Under the pieces are notes generated by a model. It did no database searches. It was given only the letters and a program-made list of their open reading frames with translations, and was not told the DNA's origin. Below are positions 22,271-31,753 of a stretch of DNA of 64,000 nucleotides, one piece after another (position 1 is the first letter of the stretch; every line of letters starts with the position of its first letter). Position numbers and translations under genes: made by a program. This DNA is from an uncultured Thermoplasmatales archaeon (GTDB lineage: Archaea; Thermoplasmatota; E2; DHVEG-1): contig CAZGOD010000006.1 in assembly GCA_964527715.1 (NCBI GenBank), forward strand, positions 8,060-72,059. Reading direction: 5' to 3'.

Positions 22271-22295
22271 TGAAAAATTACAATAAAAAATAAAA

Positions 22296-22694
22296 TTAGC
22301 TAGCGCTAGCGCTGAAAAACTTAAAGCATTTTTCAATACTCGCAATCAACTCATTTATGTCAAGTGGTTTACACAAATAATCATAGATATAGGATCCAAG
22401 TGCTCCCATTCTTTCATGATTTTTTGTACCCTTACCGGTTATTATGTTTATGGCTACGTTTCTCATTAATCCTCTTTCCACTATCTCGTGAATCGTATCC
22501 CAACCATCCATTTCTGGCATCATTAGATCCATTAATATTACGCCTTTGAACCCATCTTCTATTTCGCCGATACATTCGAATCCGCTTTCTACTGTTATTA
22601 CTTCATAGTTGTGTTTTTCTAGAAGGGTTTTTAATGAGTTTAATATGTCTGGTTCATCATCTACAATCATTACTTTTCCATTCATTTTTACCAA
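22296..22694 (-). CDS. stand-alone response-regulator receiver (CheY-like REC) protein
   Basis: IVDDEPD...LMDLMMPEMDGW...K REC motifs. Confidence 0.8.
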   Translation of the reverse strand: MVKMNGKVMIVDDEPDILNSLKTLLEKHNYEVITVESGFECIGEIEDGFKGVILMDLMMPEMDGWDTIHEIVERGLMRNVAINIITGKGTKNHERMGALGSYIYDYLCKPLDINELIASIEKCFKFFSASAS

Positions 22695-22805
22695 CCACCT
22701 TACAATGATATATTATAACATGTCATTCTTTAGCATTGATGTTATATAAAACTAATCCGCTAGAATGCCAAAATGAAAAAAAATCACAAAAAAAGAAAAA
22801 GAAAA

Positions 22806-23891
22806 CTATTGATTATTCTCCTGAAACTCTTTCAAAAACCCGACGAGCATCTCCACACCCTCCAAAGACATCGCATTATAAATAGAAGCCCTCATACCAC
22901 CAACAGACCTATGACCCTTCAAACCAACAAGACCCCTCTCAAGAGCCTCTTTCACACATTTCTCCTCAAGCTCAGGTGTGGGCAAATTAAACGTAACATT
23001 CATAAGAGAACGAGAATCAGATCTAGCATGACCGCGATAGAAACCACCAGATTTATCAATTACATCATACAAAATCTTAGCCTTTTTCCTATTACGTTTC
23101 TCAATCTCAGGAATACCACCAAGATTCTTCAAATACTCAAGAGAAAGCTTACACATATATATCGCCCAACAAGGACCAGTATTGAAAAGAGAATCTTTAT
23201 CTGCATGAGTTTTCCATTTCTGCATAGTAGGTGTATTCTCAGGAACACGATCTAAAAGATCCCCCCTCACAATAACAAGAGTAACACCAGCAGGCCCAAT
23301 ATTCTTCTGAGCACCCGCATAAATAACCCCAAACTGTTTAGGATCAACTACTTTATCCATCATATTAGAAGACATATCACACACTAATGGAACACTACTC
23401 GTAGCCTTTGGCCATTCATGAAATTCAGTACCATAAATCGTATTATTACCTGTTATATGAGCAAAAGCCGCATCATCACTAAGTACGATATCTTTTGGTA
23501 TATACGAAAACTTTTCATCCTCAGAGCTAGCAACAACTTTAACCTCGCCATAAAAACCAGCCTCTTTGACAGCTTTCTTCGACCAAGTACCAGTGTTCAC
23601 ATATTCCATAGGTTTACCCTTAACCTGAAGGTTCACTGGGACCATATAAAACTGAGACGATGCACCACCCTGAAGCCACAAAACCCTATACTCCTCAGGT
23701 AGACCCATGAGTTCCTTAACAAGAGAAGATGCTTCTTTATGCATCGCATCATATTCCTTTGATCTATGAGAGATCTCCATAAGGCTCATACCTGTACCAG
23801 CGAAATCTAAAAGCTCGTCCTTAGCTCTTTTAAGAACTGAGGGAGGAAGCGTCGCTGGACCAGCATAGAAATTGTAAACACGTTTTGTCAT
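22806..23891 (-). CDS. serC: phosphoserine aminotransferase
   Basis: N-terminus NFYAGPATLP (class V aminotransferase SerC signature). About 361 aa from the internal Met start MTKRVYNF. The longer ORF start is probably not used. Confidence 0.85.
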   Translation of the reverse strand: MTKRVYNFYAGPATLPPSVLKRAKDELLDFAGTGMSLMEISHRSKEYDAMHKEASSLVKELMGLPEEYRVLWLQGGASSQFYMVPVNLQVKGKPMEYVNTGTWSKKAVKEAGFYGEVKVVASSEDEKFSYIPKDIVLSDDAAFAHITGNNTIYGTEFHEWPKATSSVPLVCDMSSNMMDKVVDPKQFGVIYAGAQKNIGPAGVTLVIVRGDLLDRVPENTPTMQKWKTHADKDSLFNTGPCWAIYMCKLSLEYLKNLGGIPEIEKRNRKKAKILYDVIDKSGGFYRGHARSDSRSLMNVTFNLPTPELEEKCVKEALERGLVGLKGHRSVGGMRASIYNAMSLEGVEMLVGFLKEFQENNQ

Positions 23892-24040
23892 AAACCAAAT
23901 CGACTCCTTTAGTTGAAGCACTGAATAATCAAAAGGAATTTAAAGAATTCGGAGCGAAAAAACAGGCTTTCGACAACACTTGTACAACAAGTCATTTATA
24001 AGGAGAACAACAGAAAAAAGAGTGTAGTGGGGAATAAATC

Positions 24041-24391
24041 ATGAAACGATTACTAGCAAAAGCACTGAAAAACAGGTTTAACATGGAAAAAGAAGACGCT
24101 ATAACACTCACCAAAACAGTGGAGGGGATTTTTAATGGCGAGGAAGAAGTAGAAGACATGTCCATGGATAAACATGCGCGAGCACTTTTCTACGAGCTAC
24201 AAAGAGAAAAATTACTCAAATTAAGAAGAGAAGAATTCAAAGAAAACGGAAAAATCATACGAAAATACTACTGGTCTTTCAACAATGACATAATAAAAGA
24301 AGCAGCTTACGAGAAAACCAAAAGAGAAGCATATAAAATATACAAGAAAATACCAGAAAGCGCCTGGTTAGCTCATCAATATTGTAACTAA
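24041..24391 (+). CDS. hypothetical K/E-rich protein
   Basis: 116-aa ORF, no recognisable motif. Confidence 0.3.
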   Translation: MKRLLAKALKNRFNMEKEDAITLTKTVEGIFNGEEEVEDMSMDKHARALFYELQREKLLKLRREEFKENGKIIRKYYWSFNNDIIKEAAYEKTKREAYKIYKKIPESAWLAHQYCN

Positions 24392-24672
24392 TTATCCATC
24401 TCCGGTGGATCTAAAAGCTGAGTATATTGATAAAAATCTCTGACATTTTTTTCCTTACGATTTATAATTTTTTTATCATGTTTAACATCAATCATGAGTT
24501 TACGAATAGAAATAATAGCTACAACAAAATTCAGCAACGCAATAACAAAAACAAAATCATAAATGAGCTTTTTAGAGATCATATTAACATTAAAAAAAAG
24601 TATCAAAAATGAAACTAGCGCGATAGGTAAAGAAAGAAGGAAAGTTAACATCATTGTCATTCGTTCTCGCAT
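24388..24672 (-). CDS. small hypothetical membrane protein
   Basis: 94 aa, two hydrophobic helices. Confidence 0.3.
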   Translation of the reverse strand: MRERMTMMLTFLLSLPIALVSFLILFFNVNMISKKLIYDFVFVIALLNFVVAIISIRKLMIDVKHDKKIINRKEKNVRDFYQYTQLLDPPEMDN

Positions 24673-24703
24673 CTTTTAATCAATCTTTGTTGTTGTTTTG
24701 TGA

Positions 24704-25291
24704 CTACTTAAGCATTTCCTTTAATTTATCTTCAAATCTAATCAGTTTCACACGTGATTTACTTAGGACATCATTAGAAATATCAACCAACATTTGAAGA
24801 TATTCATCTTTACAAAACAACTCACCATTTCTCCCTACAGGGGAGTCAAGACGCTCTGTGCTACAAACCTCAACCACAGTTTTATTGCCTAGGGATTTCA
24901 AACCAGAATTTTTAAAACCACAAGATACCGCGGTTTTTAACATTTTATCAGCAAAATACTCTGCCCTAGCGGAGATATGAATTATCGGTGATTGAGCTAG
25001 TAACCACAGCTGACCAGATTTTGATTTTCCCAATGTTGATAAAATATCACTGGGCTTAATACTCTCATGCCATTTACCAAGGAATCTAGCCTCTTTTTTA
25101 TCACCAATACTTGGTATCTCGAGTAAGACGATTCGTCCAGCACAACTACTAGATGTATAATAATCTTCAGACTTATTTATAATATTGAGAACCTGTAAGA
25201 TATCACTGTCAACCTTGTTTTCACTACTAGCTTTCGAAAGTTTCTCAAGAGCAACCTTTTTACCACCGAGAAAATCTCTTTCCGGATTCAT
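24704..25291 (-). CDS. taw3: tRNA wybutosine-synthesizing protein 3 homologue (Taw3/TYW3 family)
   Basis: SSSCAGRI motif characteristic of TYW3. About 195 aa. Confidence 0.6.
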   Translation of the reverse strand: MNPERDFLGGKKVALEKLSKASSENKVDSDILQVLNIINKSEDYYTSSSCAGRIVLLEIPSIGDKKEARFLGKWHESIKPSDILSTLGKSKSGQLWLLAQSPIIHISARAEYFADKMLKTAVSCGFKNSGLKSLGNKTVVEVCSTERLDSPVGRNGELFCKDEYLQMLVDISNDVLSKSRVKLIRFEDKLKEMLK

Positions 25292-25407
25292 AATTTCTCC
25301 AGTTCCTTAGAGATACTAATATCACGTTTTTCAAGCTCATTAAAGAAAGACTTATGTCCATTAAATGTATCCCCCAATTAGAAGAAATAGTAAAAGGAAT
25401 TATTGTA

Positions 25408-27315
25408 TTAAATGTTTTCAAATGCTTTTTGCATGGTTTGTGTTTCGGCTTTATCCTGTTTTACTATTTTACTAACGACAAAAGTTAAAAAGAACGATAA
25501 TGGTAATCCTATGAAAATTGGATCTAACATGTTAATCATATAGTTACTTGTTATAGAAGATCCTATTATCTGTGGTGCTGTCTTAAAGTAAACAAGAGCA
25601 TACCAAAGCATAGTAAATATGAATCCACCCAACATCCCTACCCATGCTCCGGCTCTACTTGTTTTCTTCCAATAAAGCATGAGCGTATATGGTGCAAGAA
25701 ATGTAACTGCCATCAATCCAAAGAAAAATGCAGTCATAATAGCTACAACTTCAGGTGGATTTAAAGAAATTATCAATGTAGCACAGACTATTCCTAATGT
25801 AGCTACTCTTGTAATCAAAAGTGATTTCTTTTCAGAACCCCCTCTCTTAAGCCCTTTTTCATATACGTCTCTCCCAATAGATGCTCCTGCAGTATGAAAT
25901 AAGGCACTTGCCGTTGACATGGCAGCAGCTAAGACCGCGAATAAGAAGAGAAATACGAACCATTGTGGGAATAACTCATCTACCACTAGTGGTACTACCT
26001 TATCCGGTGATCCAGGATAGAACAACCCATTATTTGCCATTAGTACGTTACATAGTGGACCTATGCTAAAAGCAGTAAATGTCATTAGAAGAATAAAAAC
26101 ACCCCCATAGGGTATTGCGCGGCGGAGTGCTTTTTCATTTTTAGCAGAGAGGTATCTTACTATCAGTTGAGGCTGAGCTAATACACCAATACCTACCCCA
26201 AAAATAAGTGTTAATATCATCAAAAACGATGGTGATAATAATGGAGGCATTGAAGTTAAACCACTAGGTGCTAGTTCTCCTGCAGGTGATCCTATCCCAC
26301 TTGTTGCAGCTGTTACTTCAAATGTATAAATTGCTTCTTGCTCAAAATCATCACGTGAAAGAGTTACTTGTGTGTAACCCTCATTCCATTCTTCCGACCA
26401 TCCGCCAGGATCAGGATCACAAGAATAAATAAAAGTGCTAGGTGCTACTTTATGATTAAAAACAATGACAATATCAACATTTAATGGCACACCAATTTCT
26501 CCAGGCGGCGGAGATATAGATTTTATTACAAAACCATCATCAATAAATAATTGTTCTAAAGGATACAATGTAATAACTACCGTCTGATTACCTGTTGTAA
26601 AATTCCAAGGATTAGGAGCCATACCCCTATGTAATGGGACACCTAAATCTTCAGGAGTCATATCTGCTGCCGCTTCGTGAGCAGGGCCAACGCCCCCAAG
26701 CATCCCATAAATACCAACAGTTAGAATAAGCATACCTACAACCATTAAAACTCCTTGAATTGCATGGGTCCACATAACCGCATACAAACCACCGACTATC
26801 AGATAAACACCAACGACAATTGTGAAAATAACTACACAAACCTCATAAGGAACCCCAAATGTTACCACAAACAGTGAAGATACTGCAAGAAACACTGCAG
26901 AAGTATATGCAACCATGAAAACTGCAATTATCAATCCTGAAACTGCCTGTAACCTAGTTGAATTAAACCTGTTACCTAGCAGCTCTGGTAATGTAACTGC
27001 TTTAAGCGAAAGCCCCATTTTTCGAGTTCTAAAACCATAAACAATAAACGCTATTAGAATACCCACAAGAATATTAAGAAGCGCAAGCCAAAGAATTGCA
27101 TGACCATAAAGCGACGCAATACCAGAAAAACCTATCAGAGCAACTGCACTAATGAATGTTGCACCATAAGAGAACGCTATAACTATTGAGCCCATTTTTC
27201 TACCAGCAACAAAGTAATCCTCTGCTGTTTTCGTCTTCATATATCCAAAAAAACCAATTATTGAAAACATCCCTACAAAAAGAGCCATGAATACAATGAA
27301 AAAGATGACATCCAT
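25408..27315 (-). CDS. sodium:solute symporter (SSS) family transporter with a large extracytoplasmic insertion
   Basis: SSS-like N-terminal helices (DYFVAGRKMG). About 150 non-hydrophobic residues inserted mid-protein (residues ~200-350). C-terminal TM bundle. Confidence 0.7.
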   Translation of the reverse strand: MDVIFFIVFMALFVGMFSIIGFFGYMKTKTAEDYFVAGRKMGSIVIAFSYGATFISAVALIGFSGIASLYGHAILWLALLNILVGILIAFIVYGFRTRKMGLSLKAVTLPELLGNRFNSTRLQAVSGLIIAVFMVAYTSAVFLAVSSLFVVTFGVPYEVCVVIFTIVVGVYLIVGGLYAVMWTHAIQGVLMVVGMLILTVGIYGMLGGVGPAHEAAADMTPEDLGVPLHRGMAPNPWNFTTGNQTVVITLYPLEQLFIDDGFVIKSISPPPGEIGVPLNVDIVIVFNHKVAPSTFIYSCDPDPGGWSEEWNEGYTQVTLSRDDFEQEAIYTFEVTAATSGIGSPAGELAPSGLTSMPPLLSPSFLMILTLIFGVGIGVLAQPQLIVRYLSAKNEKALRRAIPYGGVFILLMTFTAFSIGPLCNVLMANNGLFYPGSPDKVVPLVVDELFPQWFVFLFLFAVLAAAMSTASALFHTAGASIGRDVYEKGLKRGGSEKKSLLITRVATLGIVCATLIISLNPPEVVAIMTAFFFGLMAVTFLAPYTLMLYWKKTSRAGAWVGMLGGFIFTMLWYALVYFKTAPQIIGSSITSNYMINMLDPIFIGLPLSFFLTFVVSKIVKQDKAETQTMQKAFENI

Positions 27316-27317
27316 AC

Positions 27318-27488
27318 TTACTTAACCACCTTTTTTTGTTTTTGTTTCTTTTTTACTTTCGATGACTCTTTTTCATTAGATTTAAAATATTCATAATAAA
27401 TCCCATAAAGTACACAAAATATCGCTACAAGTATTGTTCCAATCCATGCAAGAAATACCCATATATCCATACCTAATATTAAACTCAT
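27318..27488 (-). CDS. small membrane protein co-transcribed with the SSS transporter
   Basis: GGAGG lies 6 nt upstream of the internal ATG (MSLILGMDIW...). Single TM helix plus Lys-rich tail. Sits 3 nt upstream of the symporter. Confidence 0.4.
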   Translation of the reverse strand: MSLILGMDIWVFLAWIGTILVAIFCVLYGIYYEYFKSNEKESSKVKKKQKQKKVVK

Positions 27489-27623
27489 ATTTTTCCTCCC
27501 CAAATAAACAGGATATGTAATAACTAGATGGAAAACTGACAATGTAATTTATATCTTTCTTTATTTTTTGCAAAATCATTATATTACAAAAGCATATTCA
27601 AGCCGAAAGAAGGGAGGTTATCC

Positions 27624-28916
27624 ATGTCAAAAGAACTCTGGGACCCAAAAATTGAAACAAAACCTCTGAACGAGCTAAAAGAATTACAATTAGTGAGATT
27701 AAAGAAACTGATTCAATATGTTTATAACAATAACAAATTCTATAACAAAAAACTTAAAGATGTAAATGTAAAAACCGATGGCATTAAAACCCTTAGAGAT
27801 ATACAAAAACTTCCTTTTTTAACAAAACAAGAGCTAAGGGAGTATTACCCGTTTGGTCTTGTTTGTACTGAAATTGATGAAATTGTAGAGGTCCACGCTT
27901 CTTCAGGTACTACTGGTAAACCCGTGGTTGGCTCCTATACCAGAAACGACTTAGAACTATGGGGTGACGTTATGGCTCGATCATTATGGGCTAATGGGCT
28001 ACGGAAAAAAGATGTCCTCCAGAACTCATATGGATATGGACTGTTCACTGGCGCTCATGGATTTGAAAAAGGTGCTCAGAAAATAGGCGCAATGGTAGTA
28101 AGCATAAGCTCTGGTAACAGCAAGAGACAGATTAATGCAATGAAGGATTTTAACTCCACTGCTTTAGCATGTACCCCTTCTTATTCAATGTATATGGCTG
28201 AAGTAGCAGAGGAAATGGGATTTGATCCAATTAAGGATTTTAAACTCAAAATCGGCTGCTTCGGAGCTGAAGCTTGGAGTGAAGAAATGAGGAATAATAT
28301 CGAGAAACGATGGGATATCATTGCTCATGAACATTATGGTCTAACAGAAATCATTGGACCTGGCGTAGTTACCGAGTGCAAAGAAAAAAAATTACATATT
28401 AACGCAGATCATTTCCTAACTGAAGTTATCGATCCAAGCACTGGTGAAACATTACCACCTGGAGAAGAAGGAGAACTTGTTTTTACCACATTAACTAAAG
28501 AAGCTTTTCCAGCAATTAGATTCAGAACAAGAGATCTAGCAGTATATTACGAAGATAAATGTGAATGCGGAAGGACACTTCCATTCCAATCACGTATCAA
28601 AGGACGAAGCGATGACATGATGAAAGTAAAAGGAGTCATTGTTTTCCCATCACAAATAGAAGCAGCACTAATGCAAGTCGACGGAGTAAGTGATAACTAC
28701 CAGATCATTAAAACCAAAAAAGGCAATATTACATCCTTATCAGTAGAGGTTGAACCAACTGAAAGCCGATATAAAGACGGACATCTCGATGATCTTGAGA
28801 GACAAGCTGAGGACGAGATCTACAGTGTATTAAATCTACATGTACCTGTTAAAGCTATATCTCCTAAAACAATACCACGGAGTACAGGAAAAGCCAAGAG
28901 AGTAATTGAGAGATAA
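27624..28916 (+). CDS. phenylacetate-CoA ligase family adenylate-forming enzyme (PaaK / coenzyme F390 synthetase-like)
   Basis: SSGTTGKP AMP-binding motif. About 430 aa, typical of PaaK-like ligases. Confidence 0.75.
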   Translation: MSKELWDPKIETKPLNELKELQLVRLKKLIQYVYNNNKFYNKKLKDVNVKTDGIKTLRDIQKLPFLTKQELREYYPFGLVCTEIDEIVEVHASSGTTGKPVVGSYTRNDLELWGDVMARSLWANGLRKKDVLQNSYGYGLFTGAHGFEKGAQKIGAMVVSISSGNSKRQINAMKDFNSTALACTPSYSMYMAEVAEEMGFDPIKDFKLKIGCFGAEAWSEEMRNNIEKRWDIIAHEHYGLTEIIGPGVVTECKEKKLHINADHFLTEVIDPSTGETLPPGEEGELVFTTLTKEAFPAIRFRTRDLAVYYEDKCECGRTLPFQSRIKGRSDDMMKVKGVIVFPSQIEAALMQVDGVSDNYQIIKTKKGNITSLSVEVEPTESRYKDGHLDDLERQAEDEIYSVLNLHVPVKAISPKTIPRSTGKAKRVIER

Positions 28917-28938
28917 GATTTTTAAAAGGTAAATATCA

Positions 28939-30003
28939 ATGATTGAAATCCTAGAAGCAACTTTACCATATATTACGGGTCTTTGGACACTTCCATGGAT
29001 ACTTATTGGTTTTCTTGTTACCTTATTGCTATCACATGCTATTGGAGAACAAAAAGTAAATAGAGGAATGAAAAAGATCGGACTTGTTTTATTATACGTT
29101 TTCGTCCCACTTTTACTTTTTCGGATATTTTTGAGTGTTGATTTTCGTCAAAACGAGATTACATTTACTATTATTTGCTTCATAACCTTATCATCGATAT
29201 ATGCTCTTTCCTACTTTTTCGCAACATCTAAAGCAAATAAGATGAACATAAAAAGAACCGAAAGAAGACATTTCATCAAAACTGTTTTAACAAACCAGGG
29301 TAGAAGCTCAGCATTTGTTGGTGGAGCTATGCTAGCTATTCCTGAATGGCGGGTTATGGCTGCAATTTATATGAGTATTGGTGCAATCTTTCTATTTGCA
29401 ATTGTCCCATATATCCTTGCATACTTACATAAAAAAGATTTAAAAGATAAAGAAAAAGACTCGGAAATTCAAGCTTTACCATGGTATCTGAAAATATTTC
29501 CATGGTATCTTATTATTTTTGCTTTTACAGGGATTATTTTACACGAAACAAAGAATGTAAACGTAGACAGTCTTGGAGCAGATTTTGGTATGTTTTTCAC
29601 GTTTTTTACTCAAATAACAATACCTGCTGCACTTTACTATGTCGGTGCAGGTATCCGCCCACATGATTTAAAAATAAACGAACTGAAAAAAATGTTTAGC
29701 CTTAACTTTGAAAAAACAAAGGATCATTGGTCATGGGTTAGAAATATTTTCTTTTTAACAGTAATAATCACACCAATTCTAACAACTATATTTTTTATCA
29801 TATTCTTAGCTCTTGATTTAATACCAAAACCATGGTTCGCTGTTATTGTCATAAACTCAATTCTACCAATAACAAGTACAAATATGTTCCTTGTCCCATA
29901 TGGAATAGACAAAAAGGTGACAGCATTATCAGTAACATGGACAACAATTGTTTGTGTACCACTCGTCGTTGCATTAATTACTCTGTTTGAAATATACCTC
30001 TAG
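28939..30003 (+). CDS. polytopic membrane protein, possibly AEC-family permease
   Basis: About 10 hydrophobic segments in 354 aa. No diagnostic motif. Confidence 0.35.
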   Translation: MIEILEATLPYITGLWTLPWILIGFLVTLLLSHAIGEQKVNRGMKKIGLVLLYVFVPLLLFRIFLSVDFRQNEITFTIICFITLSSIYALSYFFATSKANKMNIKRTERRHFIKTVLTNQGRSSAFVGGAMLAIPEWRVMAAIYMSIGAIFLFAIVPYILAYLHKKDLKDKEKDSEIQALPWYLKIFPWYLIIFAFTGIILHETKNVNVDSLGADFGMFFTFFTQITIPAALYYVGAGIRPHDLKINELKKMFSLNFEKTKDHWSWVRNIFFLTVIITPILTTIFFIIFLALDLIPKPWFAVIVINSILPITSTNMFLVPYGIDKKVTALSVTWTTIVCVPLVVALITLFEIYL

Positions 30004-30014
30004 ACTACTACTAT

Positions 30015-30788
30015 TTAGAGTTTCTTCAAAATAAGATCTGCTGCTTTTTTACCGGAGAGAAGCATACCTCCAAAAATTGGACCCATACGTGGGGCACCAT
30101 AAACCGCATTAGCACCCATACCTACGATAAACAGACCAGGGTAGACTTCTTTGGTGTTTTCAACAACGGTTTTTTCACCAATCTCAGCAATCATTGATTT
30201 CTCTTTTTCAAGGTCACCACTAGGTGTATTAAGTGGTCCTACTTTGTTTTTCACAATATGACAAACCTCTGCTGCATGACCTGTTGCATCTATACAGTAC
30301 TTTGCACGGATGCTAAGCGGATCAACGTGCAAACCAGCTATTTCCACAGCACTCCAATTAATCACAAAACCATTAACTCTTCTTTTTTTATCCAGGAGGA
30401 CATCCTCAACACTAATAGTGTTAAAAACATGTACACCTGCATCAATTGCCCATGAACAAAGCTTAGTTATTGACTCAATTGAATCAGCGCTAAAATAACC
30501 ATCTCCCTCATCCTTGAGTTTAACACCTGCGTCTTCTAAAATCGGAGTGGATGCTTTTTGCATAACAATCACGGGGAAAGTCATACCGCCACCCCACATA
30601 CCGCCACCAATTGAAAGTTTCCTTTCAAAAACAGCTACTTTTTTACCAGCCTCAGCAAGATATTTAGCTGCTGTTAAACCAGCAGGACCCGCACCAGCAA
30701 CTGCTACATCAACCTCAAAATGATTCTTGAACTCCTCAGAAAAACGATTAAAAATAGTTCGCGTAACAACAACATCATCAATGCTCAT
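30015..30788 (-). CDS. thi4: thiazole synthase Thi4 (archaeal/eukaryal type)
   Basis: VAVAGAGPAGLTAA FAD/NAD fold. Thi4 family length and conserved Cys/His region. Confidence 0.85.
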   Translation of the reverse strand: MSIDDVVVTRTIFNRFSEEFKNHFEVDVAVAGAGPAGLTAAKYLAEAGKKVAVFERKLSIGGGMWGGGMTFPVIVMQKASTPILEDAGVKLKDEGDGYFSADSIESITKLCSWAIDAGVHVFNTISVEDVLLDKKRRVNGFVINWSAVEIAGLHVDPLSIRAKYCIDATGHAAEVCHIVKNKVGPLNTPSGDLEKEKSMIAEIGEKTVVENTKEVYPGLFIVGMGANAVYGAPRMGPIFGGMLLSGKKAADLILKKL

Positions 30789-30813
30789 AATACCAAGGCC
30801 TCTGCAAGAAACT

Positions 30814-31320
30814 ATGAATCAAACTAGACTTATTAAACATAACGCTAAAAAATATTATACCCTACAAAACTGTTACAAGTCTGTGCTCACAATAAGAAAA
30901 TTCCAACCAGATGACATGTTCTCAATCATAAAAATAGCACACGAGACATTAACTGAACGATACAACCCCACTTTCTTCAACTATTTCTATGAATCATTCC
31001 CAGAGGGATTCTGGATAGCTGAAAAACACCATAAACCAATAGCTTTCATAGCAGGTACAATAACAGATAATGAAAACGCAAAAATACTAATGCTATCTGT
31101 AACAAAACAATACAGACAACAAAACATAGGTGCAAACCTACTAAAACAATTCCTAAAAGAAACAACTCTTAAAAAAATAAAACAAATAGAACTAGAAGTT
31201 AAAACAGACAATCAAAAAGCCATAGAATTCTACAAAAAACACGGATTTGATATTATAAAAATTATACCAAAATTTTACCAAAACGGAGAAGACGCATATT
31301 TGATGAGAAAAAAAATTTAG
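30814..31320 (+). CDS. GNAT-family N-acetyltransferase
   Basis: Acetyl-CoA-binding region QQNIGANLL...HGF. Start moved to the internal Met to avoid overlap with thi4. Confidence 0.6.
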   Translation: MNQTRLIKHNAKKYYTLQNCYKSVLTIRKFQPDDMFSIIKIAHETLTERYNPTFFNYFYESFPEGFWIAEKHHKPIAFIAGTITDNENAKILMLSVTKQYRQQNIGANLLKQFLKETTLKKIKQIELEVKTDNQKAIEFYKKHGFDIIKIIPKFYQNGEDAYLMRKKI

Positions 31321-31619
31321 ACACGAACGAGCTCTTTTTCTTTCTCAGTCATAAAACGCTCAGACATCTGATTAAGCCTACCAGATATCTTTTCCAGGCC
31401 TGGGAAACTATTATTAGATAGAAGATCAGCTATTCCACGGCTAAGAGTGAAAACTGCTAGTTTATGCTCCCTTTTAGATTTGTAAACCTGATAAGGTGTA
31501 ACGTTAAGTTTAACATATGGTTTAAACTCTAAACCACCATTGTTTTCAACTATGTCTTCTAAATGTGTTTTCAACTGAAGCAAGAACGTATGGAGTTGTA
31601 TTAGCTCATCTTTCTGCAT
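31317..31619 (-). CDS. UPF0058-family small protein
   Basis: N-terminus MQKDELIQLHTFLLQL resembles archaeal UPF0058 proteins. Confidence 0.45.
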   Translation of the reverse strand: MQKDELIQLHTFLLQLKTHLEDIVENNGGLEFKPYVKLNVTPYQVYKSKREHKLAVFTLSRGIADLLSNNSFPGLEKISGRLNQMSERFMTEKEKELVRV

Positions 31620-31753
31620 TATAATATTCCCACCATTAAAACAATGGATTGAAATAATAAATGGGCTTTTTATGATTTTCTGCGAACCATTTAAATATGA
31701 GAACTATCTAGCAAATTATAAAAAATAAAAAATTAAAAAAATGATGAGAAGGA

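Noticed and set aside
22773-23255. 160-aa plus-strand ORF
   Set aside because: Lies entirely antisense within serC (22806-23891, minus strand). Low-complexity, His/Arg/Thr-rich translation typical of an antisense frame.
30727-30813. N-terminal 29 codons of the GNAT ORF
   Set aside because: Would overlap thi4 on the opposite strand. The internal Met at 30814 gives a normal GNAT N-terminus, so the longer start is probably not used.
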